Part shown: positions 37,597-38,878 of the stretch, in pieces
Layout: each line of letters begins with the position of its first letter
Position numbering within the stretch: position 1 is the stretch's first letter
From: Candidatus Micrarchaeia archaeon
Lineage (GTDB): Archaea; Micrarchaeota; Micrarchaeia; Anstonellales; Bilamarchaeaceae
NCBI GenBank assembly: GCA_046538155.1
Contig: JBKHJL010000006.1
Location: 1 to 38,878 of the forward strand
DNA: 38,878 nt
Direction of reading: 5' to 3'
Translations under genes and position numbers: made by a program
Notes under the pieces: model-generated
Told to the model about the DNA's origin: nothing
Database searches by the model: none
The model's input: the letters and a program-made list of their open reading frames with translations, nothing else

Positions 37597-38103
37597 CTAT
37601 ACCTTCTTGAAAATCGGGTGGTCCCTGTATCTTCTGGTAAAAGGACGGATATAGCGGAGGAATTTGGCAGGTCGGGTGAAATAGGTGAACTTTCCCTTTC
37701 TTACCGGATTAAAGCCGATGCGATAGAAGATCATCTCGTCTTTCTGGGTGCACCTGGAGAGATAAACCTTCCCGTCGTCTGTTACATCTCCTACCGCATC
37801 AAAAAGCCCTGCAAGAAAGTTGGCGCTGTACTCATTCTTGTATTTGAATCTCTCCAGCTCATCATCAATTACTTTCTGGAAAAACTTGCGATAAGAGGTA
37901 TGGTAGAAATATACTGCATTATTACCCTCTTCATCTGCCCGGGTGAGTAGCCTCTCCGGCTCAGTCAGCTCCAGTTCCAGCACAGTCTTGGCAAATATTG
38001 AAAGCTGTTCCTCCTCTCCCCTGATGCCTATTCCCTCCTTTGTGCGCCTTTCCTTCCAGAATCCAATAAGATAGGAAAGCTCAGGAGTAAGCCGTACTTT
38101 CAT
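37597..38103 (-). CDS. Stand-alone degenerate double-motif LAGLIDADG-like protein
   Basis: LTPELSYLIGFW at the N-terminus and NFLAGLFDAVGDV about 85 aa later. Confidence 0.75.
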   Translation of the reverse strand: MKVRLTPELSYLIGFWKERRTKEGIGIRGEEEQLSIFAKTVLELELTEPERLLTRADEEGNNAVYFYHTSYRKFFQKVIDDELERFKYKNEYSANFLAGLFDAVGDVTDDGKVYLSRCTQKDEMIFYRIGFNPVRKGKFTYFTRPAKFLRYIRPFTRRYRDHPIFKKV

Positions 38104-38109
38104 AACAAC

Positions 38110-38601
38110 TCACACCCTGCGGTCTTTTTCTTTTTTCTTTTCTTCTTTGGGCGGCTCTGTTTTCTTTTTTAGCTGCCTTTCCGGAACAAATGCAAACTTC
38201 TCCTTCCTTCTTTTCCCCTGTATTTGTACCGCCAGCTCATTTGCAAGAAGATCATCTTCATCAGAAACCACATTGTGCTTGAATCTTGCTTCGGCTTTCT
38301 TGGGCATGTGTGCCCGCTCAAAAATCTTTGCGATTTCTTTCTCCTCTTTTTCAGTAAAGGGTTTTTTCTCCTGGAGAATTCGGTAATTTGCCTTTTCCAG
38401 GATTTCCGCAAACCTGTTTACGTCGCGCTTGGAGGCCCCGCCCACTTTAAGCGCAGAAAGAAGACCTGCTGCAAGGACGGTGTTCTTTTTTCTTACGCGG
38501 GAAAACATCCTTTCCAGTATACCGGATTCCTTGCTTGTAAGCTTGCCTTCCACTGCATCAAGCACTTTTTCGGCGAAGGACGAAAAATCAAATAGCGCCA
38601 T
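38110..38601 (-). CDS. Hypothetical Lys/Glu-rich protein
   Basis: ORF with TTTAAAAA about 20 nt upstream of ATG 38601 (ORF track start is 38619). 6-nt gap to the LAGLIDADG-like gene. Confidence 0.7.
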   Translation of the reverse strand: MALFDFSSFAEKVLDAVEGKLTSKESGILERMFSRVRKKNTVLAAGLLSALKVGGASKRDVNRFAEILEKANYRILQEKKPFTEKEEKEIAKIFERAHMPKKAEARFKHNVVSDEDDLLANELAVQIQGKRRKEKFAFVPERQLKKKTEPPKEEKKKEKDRRV

Positions 38602-38633
38602 GCTGGAATTCCCCTTCATATATTTTTAAAGGT

Positions 38634-38655
38634 TGCCTACGGCCGGGATTTGAAC
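38634..38655 (-). other. Orphan tRNA 3'-end-like fragment GTTCAAATCCCGGCCGTAGGCA
   Basis: T-loop TTCAAAT, T-stem strand CCCGG and an acceptor-like strand. No contiguous 5' half in the window. Confidence 0.5.
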
Positions 38656-38733
38656 TACTCTTTAAAAAAGATTTGGGCAATAAAGTGGAATACGCAAATT
38701 GAAGCAGGTGCAGGAACCGGCTTCAAACTGTTT

Positions 38734-38837
38734 GGGCCCATAGCTCAGGCTGGTTAGAGCGACGGTCTTATATGGCCACCTCTAATACAATGGTCTAAGA
38801 CAGCCGTAGGTCAGGGGTTCAAATCCCCTTGGGCCCA
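38734..38837 (+). tRNA. tRNA-Ile(UAU) with a 29-nt canonical 37/38 intron (38773-38801)
   Basis: Acceptor GGGCCCA/TGGGCCC plus A73, D stem GCTC/GAGC, anticodon arm ACGGT-CT TAT A|A-GCCGT, T arm AGGGG-TTCAAAT-CCCCT. BHB motif CTTA-TAT...TAAG-ACA. Confidence 0.93.
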
Positions 38838-38878
38838 TTTTACTATTTTGGTTGCCCGTTTCGGGTTCTGAGAAACCT

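Overview
Archaeal chromosomal segment made mostly of housekeeping genes. Gene content and style suggest a DPANN archaeon, most likely Candidatus Micrarchaeota (inference). Replication and division genes: PolD (DP1 and a partial DP2), two tandem FtsZ paralogs, ATP-dependent DNA ligase, endonuclease IV, Cdc6, SepF, GINS. Information-processing clusters: rpoE1-spt4-metallophosphoesterase-rps26e-DUF1805, RNase Z, and gins-rpl44e-rps27e-aIF2alpha-nop10-PAC2. Metabolism: a non-oxidative pentose phosphate operon (rpe-tktN-tktC-tal), a two-domain ThyX and NAD kinase. Surface and accessory genes: AglB, VapBC, two ankyrin proteins, two class III signal peptide pilins, a membrane-anchored alpha-2-macroglobulin and a catalytically degenerate LAGLIDADG protein. 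There are two intron-containing tRNAs: Arg(UCU) with a T-loop intron, and the rare Ile(UAU). Elements missing from the ORF track include DP2, rps27e, nop10, a 27-aa extremely acidic micropeptide with its own promoter and terminator, an orphan tRNA 3'-end fragment and a candidate structured RNA upstream of nadK. No CRISPR array, transposase, integrase or rRNA was seen. All calls are by eye, without database searches.
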